A stretch of DNA of 64,000 nucleotides from the human T2T-CHM13v2.0 reference genome, Homo sapiens, in NCBI RefSeq assembly GCF_009914755.1, contig NC_060939.1; one strand, given 5' to 3'. Positions 61,371 through 64,000 of the stretch are shown here, one piece after another. Every line of letters starts with the position of its first letter. The stretch's first letter is position 1. The notes beneath the pieces are model-generated. The model searched no databases, had not been told where the DNA came from, and saw nothing but the letters and a program-made list of their open reading frames with translations. Both the position numbers and the translations under genes were made by a program.

Positions 61371-61432
61371 TATTTCAACTGGATCTCACTCTGACACCCA
61401 GACTGGAGTGCAGTGGCACAATCTTAGCTCAC
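61371..61432 (-). mobile_element. Alu 3'-end fragment in HSat3 (6 of 6)
   Basis: GGATCTCACTCTGACACCCAGACTGGAGTGCAGTGGCACAATCTTAGCTCAC. Confidence 0.87.
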
Positions 61433-64000
61433 ATTTAATTTCACCATTCCATTCCATTCCATTATGTTCTATTCTTTTCCATTCCATTGCATTGCGTTCC
61501 TCTGCACTCCAATCCACTCCACTCAACTTCACTCAACTCCACTCCACTGCACTCCATTGCTTTCCATTCTGTTCCATTCTATTCCATTCCATTACATACT
61601 ATTCCGTTCCATTCCGTTCCAATCCATTCCACTCCATTCCATTTCATTCCACTCCATTCTACTCCATTTCACTCCACTCCATTCCATTCCACTCCATTCT
61701 ACTCCATTTCACTCCATTCCACTCCACTCCACTCCTTTCCATTCCTCTCCACTCCACTCCATTCCATTGCATTCCATTCCATTCTATACCATTCCACTGC
61801 ACTCTGATCCACTCCCCTCAACTCCATTCCACTCAACTCCACTCCACTCCTTGCCATTCCATCCCTTTCCATTCCACTGCATTCCGATCCACTCAACTCC
61901 ACTCCACTGCCCTCCACTCCACTCCGTTCCATACCATTCCACTTTATTACATTCCACTAAACTCCATTCCACTACACTCCATTTTACGCCATTCCACTCC
62001 ATTTCCCTCCACTCCACTCCAGTTGATTCCTTTCCATTCCTCTCCACACATCTTCACTTAACTCCACTCCATTCCTTCCCACTACATTCTATTCTATTCC
62101 ACTCCACTCAATTCCGTTCAGTTCCACTCCACTCTACTCCATTCCACTCCATTCTACTACATTCCATTCCATTCCAATCCATTCCATTCCATTGCATTCC
62201 ATTCCATTAATTTCCATTCCACTCCACTCCACTTCATTCCATTCCGTTCCACTCCACTCTACTGCATTCCATTCCAATGCACTCCACTCCACTCCATTCC
62301 ACTCCATTCCACTGCACTCCAATCAACTCCACTCCACGCCACTCCACTCCATTCCATTCCAATCCACTGCACTCCATTCCAGTCCACTACACTTCATTCC
62401 ATTCCATTCCACTCCATTGCTTTCCACTACATTCCACTGCAATCCATTCCACTCCATTCTACTCCATTCCATTCAATTCCATTCCATTCCACTCCATTCC
62501 ACTGCACTCCATTCCACTCCTTTCCACTCCATTCCATTCCACTCCATTCCATTCAATTCCATTCCATTCCACTCAACTCCACTCCACTCCATTCCATTCT
62601 ATTCCATTCCATTCCACTTCACTCCATTCCATTGCACTCCACTCCATTGCATTAAACTCTATTCCGTTCCACTCCACTCCACTCCACTCCATTCCATTCT
62701 ATTCCATTCCATTCCACTCCACTCCATTCCATTGCACTCCACTCCATTGCTTTAAACTCCATTCCACTAAATTCCAGTTCATTCCTCTCCACTCCACTCC
62801 ATTCCATTCCACTCCATTTCATTCCACTCCACTCCACTCCATTCCACTGCATTCCATTCCACTCCTCTCCTTTCCATTCCCCATCCACTCCATGCCTTTC
62901 CGCTCCACTCCGTTACATTCCATTCCACTCCACTCCACTCCATTCCACTCCACTCCATTCCATTCAACTCCATTGCATTCCACTCCATTCCATTTCACTC
63001 CATTCCATTCCGTTCCATTCCACTCTATTCCACTCCATTCTACTCCATTCCATTCCACTCTATTCCATTCCTTTCCATTTCTTTCCATTTCATTCCTCTC
63101 CACTCCTTTCCACTCCACTCCATTCCACCCCATTCCACCCCATTCCAGTCCACTTCTCTCCACTCCAATGCTCTCCACTTCATTACACTCCATTCCACTC
63201 CATTCCATTCCTCTCCATTCCACTCCACTCCACTCCACTCCATTCCATTCAATTCCAATGCATTCCACTCCATTCCAATCCATTCCATTCCATTCCACTC
63301 CATTCAATTCCACTCAACTCCACTCCATTCCATTCCATTCCACTCATTCAATTCCACTCCAATCCATTCCACTCCACTCCACACCTTTCCATTCCATTCC
63401 ACTCCAGTCCTCTCTACTCCACTCCACTCCACTCCAGTCCATTCCATTCAAACTCATTCTCTTCCACTCCATTCCATTCCACTCCATTCCATTCTTCTCG
63501 ACTCTGTTCCACTCCATTCCACTCCATTACATTCCACTCCATTGCTTTACATTCCATTCCATTGCATTCCATTCCATTTCACTCCACTCCATTCCACTCG
63601 ACTCCACTCCAATCCAGTCCACTTGTCTAAATTCCAATGCACTCCACTCCATTCCATTGCTCTCCATTCCATTCCTCTCCATTCCATTGCATTCCATGCC
63701 ATTCCATTCCATATGAGTCTACTCCACTTCATTCCACTCCAGTCCATTCCATCCCACTCCACAACACGCCATTCCCTCTACTCCCTTTCATTCCATTCCA
63801 TTCCAATCCACTCCATTCCGTTACACTCCATTCCATTCCTTTCCTCTCCATTTCATTCCATTCTATTCCATTCCATTCAATTAAAATCCATTACACTCCA
63901 CTCTCTTCCATTCCATTCCATTCCACTCCACTCCATTCCATTACACTCCATTCCATTCCATTCCACTCTACTCCATTCCATTCCATTCCGTTCCAATCCA

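Larger units (their letters stand above)
56846..64000 (+). repeat. Human satellite 3-type (CATTC/CACTC)n, diverged; runs off the window end
   Basis: 5-bp period dominated by CATTC and CACTC; lacks the regular CATTCGATTC/ATG pattern of HSat2. Confidence 0.93.

Noticed and set aside
56718-63762. Long His/Ser/Ile/Pro-rich and MEWNG ORFs (up to 479 aa)
   Set aside because: CATTC/CACTC pentamers have no stop codons in these frames, so the ORFs are translation artefacts.

Overview
Hominid (most likely human) pericentromeric satellite DNA; I find no supportable protein-coding gene. Layout: (i) 1-5815 diverged monomeric alpha-satellite (171-bp, A-type/pJalpha, no CENP-B boxes seen, minus orientation); (ii) 5816-44001 a very homogeneous tandem array of 11 composite ~3.39-kb units, each 18 alpha monomers plus one full-length AluYa5 with its target-site duplication (TSD). 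The founding crossover (25-bp homology) is readable at both ends, and the right end is joined out of register (+851 bp, 5 monomers) to a more diverged copy whose Alu has a perfect TSD but CpG decay; (iii) 44002-48368 monomeric alpha with traces of an older duplication; (iv) 48369-54400 a full-length, inactivated minus-strand L1 (L1PA3/L1PA2-type) with a 17-bp TSD; (v) 54401-56845 monomeric alpha; (vi) 56846-64000 diverged HSat3 (CATTC/CACTC)n carrying six copies of one captured ~63-bp antisense Alu fragment. All ORF-track entries other than the L1 remnants are repeat translations. The main observation is a young Alu-containing higher-order repeat whose origin and turnover can be reconstructed from the sequence; whether it is already catalogued needs a database check.
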